From positions 1 through 13,981 of IMG/VR virus record IMGVR_UViG_2531839454_000017: a DNA stretch of 13,981 bases; one strand, given 5' to 3'. A model generated the notes under the pieces. That model saw only the letters and a program-made list of their open reading frames with translations, searched no databases and was not told where the DNA came from. The DNA is from a virus (Duplodnaviria > Heunggongvirae > Uroviricota > Caudoviricetes). Below are positions 1 to 7,082 of this stretch, piece by piece. Both the position numbers and the translations under genes were made by a program. The number at the start of each line of letters is the position of its first letter. Position 1 is the stretch's first letter.

Positions 1-212
<212 letters not shown>

Positions 213-372
213 CTCGGTGGCCAGTTTTTGTTGACCACTTCACTTCCTACCATCCAGCATTCTTTCCGGGCCCGGAGAATTGTGCCTGGTTTGAGCCCGG
301 TAATTGCGATAAGAACGCTTTCACAAACCCATTCATTGGGAGCCAGTTGAATCACATTGCCCATGCATTACC

Positions 373-519
373 TCACACAACACTCAGCCCACGGCAGTGG
401 CACCACACTTCAAACATTCGTTTCACAATTTCACGGCTGTAGAAACCGTCAACATCTCGCGTCAGGTCATAGCGATTGCCGTAACGCTGGCGTACCCATA
501 GCTCAAACGCTTTATTCAT
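373..519 (-). CDS. Hypothetical small protein, 48 aa (MNKAFELWVRQRYGNRYDLTRDVDGFYSREIVKRMFEVWCHCRGLSVV); below the ORF-track length cutoff
   Basis: Hand translation of the minus strand: ATG at 519-517 preceded by AAGGAA with 7-nt spacing, 3 nt after the stop of the upstream gene; stop TGA at 375-373. No family recognised. Confidence 0.3.
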   Translation of the reverse strand: MNKAFELWVRQRYGNRYDLTRDVDGFYSREIVKRMFEVWCHCRGLSVV

Positions 520-522
520 TCT

Positions 523-765
523 TTATTTCCTTTTCATGACCCGTAATTTTTTCAGATGAGTTTCCTGTTCTGTTTCTGCCAGAATTTGTCGGTATTCCTG
601 GTGATCGAGCCGTTCAAACAGTTCATTAAAATCGTTTATTTTTACCGACTGTGTTCGCCCATCCATTCTTCTGTACAACACAGTGTTATTTATGCAGCGA
701 ATAATTTTTACCGGGTAACCGGCACTGTCGGTATACAGTTGTCCCTGATTAATCAAAGCGAACAT
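523..765 (-). CDS. Hypothetical protein, 80 aa (start chosen inside ORF 523..888)
   Basis: Internal ATG at 765 is preceded by AGGAG with 5-nt spacing; the longer track ORF would overlap the upstream gene. Basic C-terminus (LKKLRVMKRK). No recognisable domain. Confidence 0.5.
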   Translation of the reverse strand: MFALINQGQLYTDSAGYPVKIIRCINNTVLYRRMDGRTQSVKINDFNELFERLDHQEYRQILAETEQETHLKKLRVMKRK

Positions 766-796
766 TTTTTCTCCTGCTCTCTGAATAGTGAGAACT

Positions 797-1168
797 TCAG
801 AGCCGTATGTTTGTAGCGGGTTCAATACTGATAATTTCTGCTGAGATAAGCATCCCGGCAAGCCAGAGTTCTCCGGACAGGTCTTCATCCTGACATATCA
901 GTTCGCCAATATTAATGGTGGCCATGATATCTGTTCCCCCTGTGCGCTCATCCTCGACTTCTTCATAAGGCAGTGTTGCGTACAGGCTTTCAATAGCGCA
1001 ACTGATAACATCCAGTCCGGTCAGATTGCCGCCGACAGTAACTTCGAATGTTTCGCGGTATTCCCATAACCCGAAAGTTAATCGAACGGTTTGTTTTGCC
1101 ATACGTCCGCATGACGTCAGATTCGGGTCATAGTTCATTATTTGCGGTTGGGCATTATGGGTGTTCAT
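797..1168 (-). CDS. Hypothetical acidic protein, 123 aa (start chosen inside ORF 797..1240)
   Basis: ATG at 1168 preceded by AAGGGA with 7-nt spacing; the track start at 1240 would overlap the SPFH gene end. C-terminal half is strongly acidic (about 13 D/E versus 2 basic residues in the last ~57 aa). Confidence 0.5.
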   Translation of the reverse strand: MNTHNAQPQIMNYDPNLTSCGRMAKQTVRLTFGLWEYRETFEVTVGGNLTGLDVISCAIESLYATLPYEEVEDERTGGTDIMATINIGELICQDEDLSGELWLAGMLISAEIISIEPATNIRL

Positions 1169-1208
1169 CTGCTTTTCCCTTAGCCCGGCGGTCTGCCGGG
1201 CGTATAAG

Positions 1209-2036
1209 TTATTTAACCTGGATAAATGGTGTACTGGCACCGCTGGTCATGTATTGCGGCAGTGTGCCGTTCCATTTATTAATGGCTTCCAGTTCCATAA
1301 CACCAGGGTTCTGGCGCAGAGCTTCACCGCGTAAACGAATAGCATCGGCTTCGGCCTGGGCTTTTGTGCGAATGGCGTCAGCCTGTCCGGCAGCTTCCGC
1401 GCGCAACATGTTGGCTTCCGCTTCGCGCTGTTTTACTTCCTGTTCGCGTTGCAGGGTCTTCTGGTTTGCCGTGACTTTGGCATTAATGCTGTCGATAACG
1501 GTTGGCGGGTACTCCGGCTTACCCACATATGAGAGACTCATTACCTGAATACCGATGGGCGTCATTTCTGCCTGAATGTCTTTAAGGGCTGCATCCAGCA
1601 GCTCAGACTTGCCGCCGTCGATAAATTTGTCAGTGGTCATTTTGCTGGCCAGTCGGTTGAGTGCGTCGGCGATCTTCTGGCGCAGGTCAGTGTCGGTAAT
1701 GTCATCCACGCCTTTGCGGTAGGTCTGAAACACCGTGGTAACTTTGGATGGATCAACTTTGTAGGCCACGCCAATGTGATAGCCGATGGTTGTACCGTCA
1801 CTCATCTGGAAACTGAACGGTTCATCGTAGGTCTTCATTTGCTTGAAGGTGGGGAAGATGTAAACTTCAGTATTCCAGCCAGTCCAGTAGCGACCAACAC
1901 CGACCACCTCACCGACGCCTTTGTCGTCGCCCAGTTTATTTACCTTGATGCCAACATTACCTGGTTCAACGCGATCGCAACCGACAAGGCCAATAGTCGG
2001 CAGAACAATGGCTAAAGCAAAAATAATTTTTTTCAT
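1209..2036 (-). CDS. SPFH/band-7 (prohibitin/HflC/flotillin-like) lipoprotein, 275 aa
   Basis: N-terminal signal peptide with lipobox LVGC (MKKIIFALAIVLPTIGLVGC), then a band-7-like core and a long Ala/Glu/Gln-rich coiled-coil-like tail (QREQEVKQREAEANMLRAEAAGQADAIRTKAQAEADAIRLRGEA). ATG at 2036 preceded by AAGGA; start overlaps the stop of the upstream small gene (ATGA at 2033-2036). Confidence 0.85.
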   Translation of the reverse strand: MKKIIFALAIVLPTIGLVGCDRVEPGNVGIKVNKLGDDKGVGEVVGVGRYWTGWNTEVYIFPTFKQMKTYDEPFSFQMSDGTTIGYHIGVAYKVDPSKVTTVFQTYRKGVDDITDTDLRQKIADALNRLASKMTTDKFIDGGKSELLDAALKDIQAEMTPIGIQVMSLSYVGKPEYPPTVIDSINAKVTANQKTLQREQEVKQREAEANMLRAEAAGQADAIRTKAQAEADAIRLRGEALRQNPGVMELEAINKWNGTLPQYMTSGASTPFIQVK

Positions 2037-2221
2037 CTTTTATCCTTAGTGAAAGAAAGACCCTTGTAAATGGCATAAATGCAGGGCGGGGTCAGAAACG
2101 CCAGTGCAAAGCCAGAAATAACTGCTATCGTATCCTTCATGGATATAAGGAACGGAACAAGTAATCCGTAAATACATGCGATAATTGCCAGTAAAATTAC
2201 TATTGTGAAATACAGTCTCAT
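2033..2221 (-). CDS. Small integral membrane protein, 62 aa, translationally coupled to the SPFH gene
   Basis: Two hydrophobic segments (LYFTIVILLAIIACIYGLLVPFLI and AVISGFALAFLTPPCIYAIY); stop overlaps the SPFH start codon (ATGA). A small membrane partner upstream of an SPFH protein recalls NfeD-SPFH pairs, although this protein is much shorter than typical NfeD. Confidence 0.6.
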   Translation of the reverse strand: MRLYFTIVILLAIIACIYGLLVPFLISMKDTIAVISGFALAFLTPPCIYAIYKGLSFTKDKR

Positions 2222-2244
2222 TGGTCTGTGGTATCCCGATATTT

Positions 2245-2352
2245 TTAACCGACTGACAGCACAATAAAGAGAATAATGATTTCAGTTAGTGTCAGTACTG
2301 TGGCAAGGATTAAAATCAGTTTTACTCTGTTTAATTCACGGTTGCTTTTCAT
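2245..2352 (-). CDS. Possible tiny membrane peptide, 35 aa (MKSNRELNRVKLILILATVLTLTEIIILFIVLSVG); not in ORF track
   Basis: Hand translation: charged N-terminus followed by one hydrophobic helix; lies 23 nt upstream of the 62-aa membrane gene on the same strand. No convincing Shine-Dalgarno, hence low confidence. Confidence 0.25.
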   Translation of the reverse strand: MKSNRELNRVKLILILATVLTLTEIIILFIVLSVG

Positions 2353-2364
2353 ACAAACGGTTAG

Positions 2365-2391
2365 TAAAAAACTGGAAGAATTATTTTCTTC
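2365..2391 (-). terminator. Weak intrinsic terminator-like hairpin after the 193-aa gene
   Basis: On the minus strand, GAAGAA/TTCTTC stem (AT-rich, 6 bp) followed by CAGTTTTTT; located just past the stop at 2399. Confidence 0.3.
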
Positions 2392-2398
2392 TTAATAT

Positions 2399-2980
2399 TT
2401 AATGTGTCACTGGCGCTTCTGGCATACCATGAGTATTCAGGTCGTTAATCATTTCATCCAGAAGGAGTTCAAGCCCTTCGCGCCCCATAGCAGAAACAAT
2501 GAAACCATTATCAGGATCTGCGATGAGCATATTTTGATAGAGAAACAGAACTCGCCCCATGCCTTCAGCTTCGCCATATTTTTCAATAAATCCCCATTCG
2601 ACATGGTTTTGCAGGGCAATGCGAAGTGGTCCTGGGTATATACTCATGCAACCATGCTTCCCCTTATAAATAACAGCGCGATCTGTAGTTCCGTTATCGT
2701 TAGGGATATCAATGGTGCCGTTCTTATACTCCTCTTCATTAATAAATACCGTTACATACAGCCAGCGCCACTGTGCAACCTTCATATCGATAGAACAGTT
2801 TTCTAAAATCCCGGACTCATCGGCTTCTGCCAGGCACTGGAGAATGCTTAAACCGCGTGAATTTGGATAATCGTATTCACCATCATTAAGCCGCTGTACG
2901 GCCTCAATATAATCAATGGTTGTATTACCAATTTTTATGCCATGTGGCGTTACTTCTGGTCGGAACTCTGAATGATTCAT
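2399..2980 (-). CDS. Hypothetical protein, 193 aa, no recognisable domain (start chosen inside ORF 2399..3055)
   Basis: ATG at 2980 preceded by AAGGAG with 8-nt spacing; this start overlaps the stop of the upstream 62-aa gene (ATGA at 2977-2980). No nucleotide-binding or catalytic motif recognised by eye. Confidence 0.7.
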   Translation of the reverse strand: MNHSEFRPEVTPHGIKIGNTTIDYIEAVQRLNDGEYDYPNSRGLSILQCLAEADESGILENCSIDMKVAQWRWLYVTVFINEEEYKNGTIDIPNDNGTTDRAVIYKGKHGCMSIYPGPLRIALQNHVEWGFIEKYGEAEGMGRVLFLYQNMLIADPDNGFIVSAMGREGLELLLDEMINDLNTHGMPEAPVTH

Positions 2981-3165
2981 AATGTTTGCTCCTTTGCTGG
3001 TGGAATAATCGTGTAGCCAGCTCTTTTTGCCATCCACAGAAATGTATCCATGCAACCAACGAATTCATTATCCAACAGATGTTTTGAGTAAATTACTTCA
3101 CCATTTTCAATGGTTAGCAACACTCTTACTTTTTTATGTGTTATGTTTTGGTGTTTTTCTTCCAT
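2977..3165 (-). CDS. Hypothetical small protein, 62 aa (MEEKHQNITHKKVRVLLTIENGEVIY...), translationally coupled to the 193-aa gene
   Basis: Preferred start ATG at 3165 is preceded by GGGAG with about 8-nt spacing; the ORF-track start at 3180 lacks a Shine-Dalgarno. Stop overlaps the downstream start. Confidence 0.55.
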   Translation of the reverse strand: MEEKHQNITHKKVRVLLTIENGEVIYSKHLLDNEFVGCMDTFLWMAKRAGYTIIPPAKEQTL

Positions 3166-3175
3166 TGATTTATCT

Positions 3176-3194
3176 CCCATATGCTTTGCGCAAA
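3176..3194. repeat. Copy 1 of a repeated 19-bp motif with palindromic core TTTGCGCAAA
   Basis: CCCATATGCTTTGCGCAAA; matches 13922-13940 at 18 of 19 positions; overlaps the start region of the 62-aa gene. Confidence 0.45.
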
Positions 3195-3361
3195 TACAGG
3201 CTGGCTATATGAAGATAAGAATCTCCATGTTGTGCAATGAGGCAGGCAGTTTTATACGATGCCTTATGTTTCAGGAAAGTCATAACATAATCTCCTGCGA
3301 ATAAAGGTTGCAACGATCCCCGGCGATAAAACCGTAATAAACATTCAGGGAATATTTATTG

Positions 3362-3727
3362 TTATTGCGCTAATTCTTTTTCGGCAGCAGATTTTGCATA
3401 TTCACATGCAAAATTCAGAATTTCGCTGCCAAGTGTTTTTGTTTCGTGATTACTGGACATATGTAATACCTGTGTTGCATGCAATAAATGATAAACATTT
3501 ACCGCAAATGAGTCCGGCTCCAGACAAATGCCTTCATAATCATCTTGTTGTGAGGTTGTTTCTGTCATTGCTCCTGAAGTGCATGCGAGCCTGTTTTTGA
3601 CAATTCTCTTTCCTCTAATCACTATATCGGCAACATCTATTGCCTTTACAACCTCCGGGAGAAGTTCCGGGTTTGTATAATCAAAGTCATCAACATGGAG
3701 AACAGTTATGTTTTCGAACTTTTTCAT
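3362..3727 (-). CDS. Hypothetical protein, 121 aa
   Basis: Intact ORF with GAGGAA upstream of the ATG at 3727; same orientation as the cargo block. No family recognised. Confidence 0.6.
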   Translation of the reverse strand: MKKFENITVLHVDDFDYTNPELLPEVVKAIDVADIVIRGKRIVKNRLACTSGAMTETTSQQDDYEGICLEPDSFAVNVYHLLHATQVLHMSSNHETKTLGSEILNFACEYAKSAAEKELAQ

Positions 3728-3855
3728 GGCTTCCTCAGCTGACTTATATGTTCTGCTATATAGCGAGTCTCAGAAGGGTTTTCATATTGAGACTGTTTCC
3801 GCAATGATTGATAAAAATGTTCGCATGTACCTTGAGGGGCGAAGCGGCGATTATG

Positions 3856-4404
3856 TCACCATTGGTATTGGTTCTTCCGTAGAAGAGCTTCGCGAGATAA
3901 GGAGCAAACTTGTTGAGATGCGTCATGGTGTTGCTGCTCCTCACTTTTTGGTTGCTCCGGAGGAGTAACCTCGCCAGTTAACAGCCACATCGGATCGCAG
4001 CCAAGAATATTTGCCAGTGGGATAAGCATACTGATGGTTGGTTCATACTCTCCGCTCTCCCACTGAATGATGATTTCTTCATCGAGATCGAGCAGCCTGG
4101 CGAGTTCGGCGGTTGTTAAGCCGCAGGCTTCGCGTTGGGGGCGAAGGTTAACCAGCCAGCTTTTAGGGAAGGATTGTTTTTGTTGTGCAGGAGAAGCCGC
4201 AGATAGAGCATATTCATGGATAAATTCCATTACCTCAATGCCCAGTTCCTTTGAGCGAGCACAATCCAGAAGATGGAATGTGCGTACAGCACTTAGCAAA
4301 TTTGCAATATTTAATGCAAAGGAATCAAGTTCTAAGCCTTCAAGCGTAACACAGCCGCAGTTGATAAAATTAGTTGTTTCTGGAGTTGCTTTTAGTGTCT
4401 TCAT
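3856..4404 (-). CDS. Atypical HTH (XRE/Cro-C1-type) protein, 182 aa: unknown ~90-aa N-terminal domain followed by the HTH
   Basis: Residues about 95-150 (GLTTAELARLLDLDEEIIIQWESGEYEPTISMLIPLANILGCDPMWLLTG) form a classic XRE helix-turn-helix; the N-terminal ~90 aa and the Gln/Glu-rich tail are unassigned. Own sigma70-like promoter upstream. Confidence 0.75.
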   Translation of the reverse strand: MKTLKATPETTNFINCGCVTLEGLELDSFALNIANLLSAVRTFHLLDCARSKELGIEVMEFIHEYALSAASPAQQKQSFPKSWLVNLRPQREACGLTTAELARLLDLDEEIIIQWESGEYEPTISMLIPLANILGCDPMWLLTGEVTPPEQPKSEEQQHHDASQQVCSLSREALLRKNQYQW

Positions 4405-4457
4405 ATACCCACCAACAATTTTAAATTGAATTTAATCAAGTTATAATTGATGTTGCG

Positions 4458-4486
4458 ATATTATGCTTTGAGAAATAGGCTGTCAA
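4458..4486 (-). promoter_or_regulatory. Sigma70-like promoter for the HTH gene (minus strand): -35 TTGACA, 17-bp spacer, -10 TAATAT
   Basis: Reverse complement of 4481-4486 is TTGACA and of 4458-4463 is TAATAT, with a 17-nt spacer; sits between the cI terminator and the start at 4404. Confidence 0.5.
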
Positions 4487-4512
4487 GAAAAAATTGATAT
4501 CGTGTGTTTTAG

Positions 4513-4537
4513 GCAGAAAAAAACGGGCAAAGCCCGT
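4513..4537 (-). terminator. Rho-independent terminator downstream of the cI-like gene
   Basis: Minus-strand sense reads ACGGGC-UUU-GCCCGU followed by UUUUUUU; begins 13 nt after the repressor stop codon. Confidence 0.7.
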
Positions 4538-4549
4538 TAAAATCAAAGA

Positions 4550-5239
4550 CTAACCAAATCTGTTTATATTGAATGGTACTGATGAGATCACTTTAGACTG
4601 GATATAAAGCAGAGCTAACCCCTCTTTTTCGATGCTCCATGGTTGATAATTGGGGTTATCAGATAACACCATGATTTTGCTTCCAATTTTTTGAAGTCTT
4701 TTCACGTAGCATTCTCCATCAAAACAAAATGCATAAATGCCATCGCCATCAAAATAAGTTACTGTCTTATCAAGAAAAAGAAGGTCGCCAGGTGAGATTG
4801 TGGGAGCCATACTGTCTCCTCTGGCGTTACCTATTTCTATATTTTTGAATGCCCGATTTCCAACAAGGCGTCGGGCATATTCAGGATCAAGTTCTATTGA
4901 GCGCACTACATCTATCAAGTCACCACGGACATGAGTTCCATCACCGCAACTAAACTCAACATCAAGGACATTAAACACGACGCTATCTGTTCTTGTCTGG
5001 TGTTTCTCTTGCGAGGAAAAGGTTGGTGAGGAGTCTTCACCTAAGAACCAGGATTGTGGATAACCGCTAATCTCGGATAAATGCGCGAGCTTATCACTCC
5101 GTGGAAATGTTTTTCCTGTTGTCCAGTACTGCACTGATTGCGCACTCACACCTAACTTGCGGGCCAGTTGAGCCTGAGTCCATCCTTTTGCTTTCAGCAT
5201 CGCGGCTATTCGATTTTCCGTGTTTTTGACGTTCTTCAT
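4550..5239 (-). CDS. Prophage CI-like repressor: N-terminal XRE HTH plus C-terminal S24 (LexA-like) autopeptidase, about 229 aa
   Basis: HTH (WTQAQLARKLGVSAQSVQYW) and S24 motifs (GDSMAPTISPGDLLFLD with the catalytic Ser; YVKRL with the Lys). The track start is TTG at 5245; the ATG at 5239 is preferred. Divergent from a Cro-like gene. Confidence 0.9.
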   Translation of the reverse strand: MKNVKNTENRIAAMLKAKGWTQAQLARKLGVSAQSVQYWTTGKTFPRSDKLAHLSEISGYPQSWFLGEDSSPTFSSQEKHQTRTDSVVFNVLDVEFSCGDGTHVRGDLIDVVRSIELDPEYARRLVGNRAFKNIEIGNARGDSMAPTISPGDLLFLDKTVTYFDGDGIYAFCFDGECYVKRLQKIGSKIMVLSDNPNYQPWSIEKEGLALLYIQSKVISSVPFNINRFG

Positions 5240-5372
5240 GACCAAATCCTGTGGGTTTCTTTACAAGGATAAATCTTTACTTGATTTTAGTGTATTCGAT
5301 CCTTTTGCAACTTGCATGTTAATTTAAACTTGATGTATTCTTGATTTATAAAGTTAATGTTGGTGCTTTGTT
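5240..5372. promoter_or_regulatory. Divergent cI/cro promoter-operator region
   Basis: AT-rich 133-bp spacer between divergent repressor genes; three direct copies of a CTTGAT(T/G)T motif (about 5280, 5329, 5341); palindrome TGCAAcTTGCA at 5306-5316; a possible rightward promoter (TTAAAC, 17 bp, TATAAA at 5324-5352). Confidence 0.55.
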
Positions 5373-5645
5373 ATGAAAGGAAATGATTACGACAAACTTC
5401 GTGCATTAATTGCGCAAAATGCCATAGCGCGAAATCTTGGTGTGACGCCGCAAGCGGTGAATCAGTGGTTTTCAAAAAACACAATTCCTGCTCGTTTCGT
5501 TTTACGCGTATGTGAAGTAGTTGCATGGAAGGTCACGCCACATGGCTTAAGGCCAGATCTTTATCCTCACCCTGAAGATGGAATTCCTGATTCGTTACGC
5601 AAAATTTCAAATCCAAGCTTAGCGCATACAGAGGACGAGAAGTGA
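5373..5645 (+). CDS. Cro-like HTH regulator (YdaS/DicC-like), 90 aa
   Basis: HTH signature IARNLGVTPQAVNQWFSKNTIP; divergent arrangement with the CI-like repressor, as in lambdoid immunity regions. Confidence 0.75.
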   Translation: MKGNDYDKLRALIAQNAIARNLGVTPQAVNQWFSKNTIPARFVLRVCEVVAWKVTPHGLRPDLYPHPEDGIPDSLRKISNPSLAHTEDEK

Positions 5646-5685
5646 TGGTGGTGATATGAGCGAAAAAATAACTATTAAATACGAT

Positions 5686-5708
5686 GGGGCAACCATTTCG
5701 ATTGCCCC
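5686..5708 (-). terminator. Terminator-like hairpin after the reverse-oriented moron
   Basis: GGGGCAA/TTGCCCC stem (7 bp, 9-nt loop) 8 nt downstream of the stop at 5716 on the minus strand, followed by a U-rich stretch. Confidence 0.35.
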
Positions 5709-5715
5709 AATCACA

Positions 5716-6009
5716 TTAGCGTTCGCTGAGAAGTTGTTGGTAAGCCTTAAAGGATGCGAACTGCATTCTACCTTCGGCATTGATTCCAATGCCTTCGCTT
5801 GTACACCAGGTGATGAACTCGGCTGTATCCGCTTCAACTTTAATAACTCGTTGCCCGCTTCTTTCGACACGCTTAATCAATTTTTCAGCGTCGTGTTTCC
5901 ACTCGGTGTAACTGTCGGAGAGCACATCAGCATCAGTAAAAATATTTTTGAGCTCATGATACTGAATCGCATCGCGAAACCAGAATAAACCAACGGCCTG
6001 AACTTTCAT
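5716..6009 (-). CDS. Hypothetical protein, 97 aa; reverse-oriented moron inside the rightward early operon
   Basis: ATG at 6009 preceded by AAGGAGG with 6-nt spacing; balanced protein-like composition. The overlapping plus-strand ORF 5656..5988 is judged spurious. Confidence 0.65.
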   Translation of the reverse strand: MKVQAVGLFWFRDAIQYHELKNIFTDADVLSDSYTEWKHDAEKLIKRVERSGQRVIKVEADTAEFITWCTSEGIGINAEGRMQFASFKAYQQLLSER

Positions 6010-6122
6010 GTCGAACCTCCTTTGGTTCTTTTGTTTATAGGGATCAAAAGGATAACTGAAGGAAGGTTCGGCACCAATAAGTACGAATGTGCGGAATCTT
6101 AAAAGAATTTATCCGTAAGGAG

Positions 6123-6836
6123 ATGGCAGTGAACACCGCAATTTTTAACGACAAAGCATCCATGACCAGCGTTGAGATCGCAGAGCTGGTGGGTAGTCAG
6201 CACTCAGATGTTAAACGTAGTATCGAACGCCTGGTTGCTAAAAACATCATCCGGAAACCGCCAATGGCTGTTTCCGAGAAAATCAATAACTTAGGTTTTA
6301 AAGTTCAATATGAGCATTACCTGTTTGAAGGAGAACAAGGTAAGCGCGACAGCATCATTGTCGTCGCACAGCTCTGCCCTGAATTCACTGCTCGCCTGGT
6401 AGATCGCTGGCGTGAACTGGAAGAACAGATCCGTAAGCCAATGAGCGAAATTGAAATGGTTGCTGCGATGGCTCTTGAAGCCGTTCGTCAGCAGAAACGG
6501 ATCACTCAGGTGGAAGAAAAAGTCAGCCATGTTGCCGAAACAGTTGAGCAAATCAAAAGGGGTACCATTCGTGAGGGCTATGCCGGATATCGCCAACTGA
6601 AAGCGAAAACCGGTTTGTCAGATGATAAATGCCGCAATCTGGTGAACGCCTATCAAATTCCTACAGATACCCACGAGTTTATGACGCCGGACGGATTGTT
6701 ATCACGTCGCGCAATTGTTGCTGTGGAACCGTTTATGGCCGCTTTTTATCAGGTTATGGAGGAAGCAGAACCGCGAGGGACTCGCTGGTATCACCCGAAA
6801 ATGGGGTTATTTCAGGTTATTGGTTGGCAGCGGTGA
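6123..6836 (+). CDS. Rha/antirepressor-like phage regulatory protein (N-terminal Rha-like motif plus unassigned C-terminal domain)
   Basis: Motif MTSVEIAELVGSQHSDVKRSIERL resembles the Rha N-terminal domain. Start is ambiguous: track ATG 6087 (no SD), ATG 6123, or GTG 6129 (AAGGAG at 6117-6122, best spacing). Stop TGA at 6834-6836. Confidence 0.6.
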   Translation: MAVNTAIFNDKASMTSVEIAELVGSQHSDVKRSIERLVAKNIIRKPPMAVSEKINNLGFKVQYEHYLFEGEQGKRDSIIVVAQLCPEFTARLVDRWRELEEQIRKPMSEIEMVAAMALEAVRQQKRITQVEEKVSHVAETVEQIKRGTIREGYAGYRQLKAKTGLSDDKCRNLVNAYQIPTDTHEFMTPDGLLSRRAIVAVEPFMAAFYQVMEEAEPRGTRWYHPKMGLFQVIGWQR

Positions 6837-6860
6837 AAAAAAGCCGGGTAGTGACCCGGC
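6836..6860 (-). terminator. Orphan minus-strand intrinsic terminator
   Basis: GCCGGGT-AGTG-ACCCGGC hairpin (6843-6860) followed, in minus sense, by seven U (plus-strand A-run 6836-6842); no U-tract on the plus side. Confidence 0.5.
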
Positions 6861-7062
6861 TCGCTCAACGTTAGTAAAGGCAACCTCACAAAGAAGTAAG
6901 CCAGTAACATCCAAGAACATTTGCGTTAGTAAAAATACCAGTAAGCATATGAATGTTTCAAGCCTAAATATTGATTCTGCAATTTCGGGACGTTACACTG
7001 TCTCCGCACCTTATAAAGCGGGTGCCGGGATTGGAACCCCGGAATTGCTCGAGGCGATATAC

Positions 7063-7082
7063 GACGCGCTAGCGTCTTTTTT
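7063..7082 (+). terminator. Plus-strand terminator-like hairpin between the two Rha genes (tR-like)
   Basis: GACGC-GCTA-GCGTC stem-loop followed by TTTTTT (7077-7082). Confidence 0.4.

Noticed and set aside
213-372. Search for the IS3-family right inverted repeat and target-site duplication
   Set aside because: No sequence resembling a known IS3 terminal repeat was recognised by eye. Only a CCGGGC...GCCCGG inverted repeat at 267-300 is present, which is not enough to call an IS end; the boundary is left undefined.
2402-2806. Plus-strand ORF of 134 aa
   Set aside because: Antisense to the 193-aa gene, which has a strong Shine-Dalgarno and translational coupling to its upstream partner.
5656-5988. 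Plus-strand ORF (110 aa) downstream of the cro-like gene
   Set aside because: It is entirely antisense to the minus-strand 97-aa gene, which has a much stronger Shine-Dalgarno (AAGGAGG) and its own terminator; the plus ORF has only a weak GGTGG upstream and an odd composition. Kept as a shadow ORF.
7024-7041. tRNA-like T-arm on the minus strand (CCGGGGTTCCAATCCCGG)
   Set aside because: No complementary acceptor-stem 5' strand and no D-arm or anticodon arm at the expected distances; not a tRNA.
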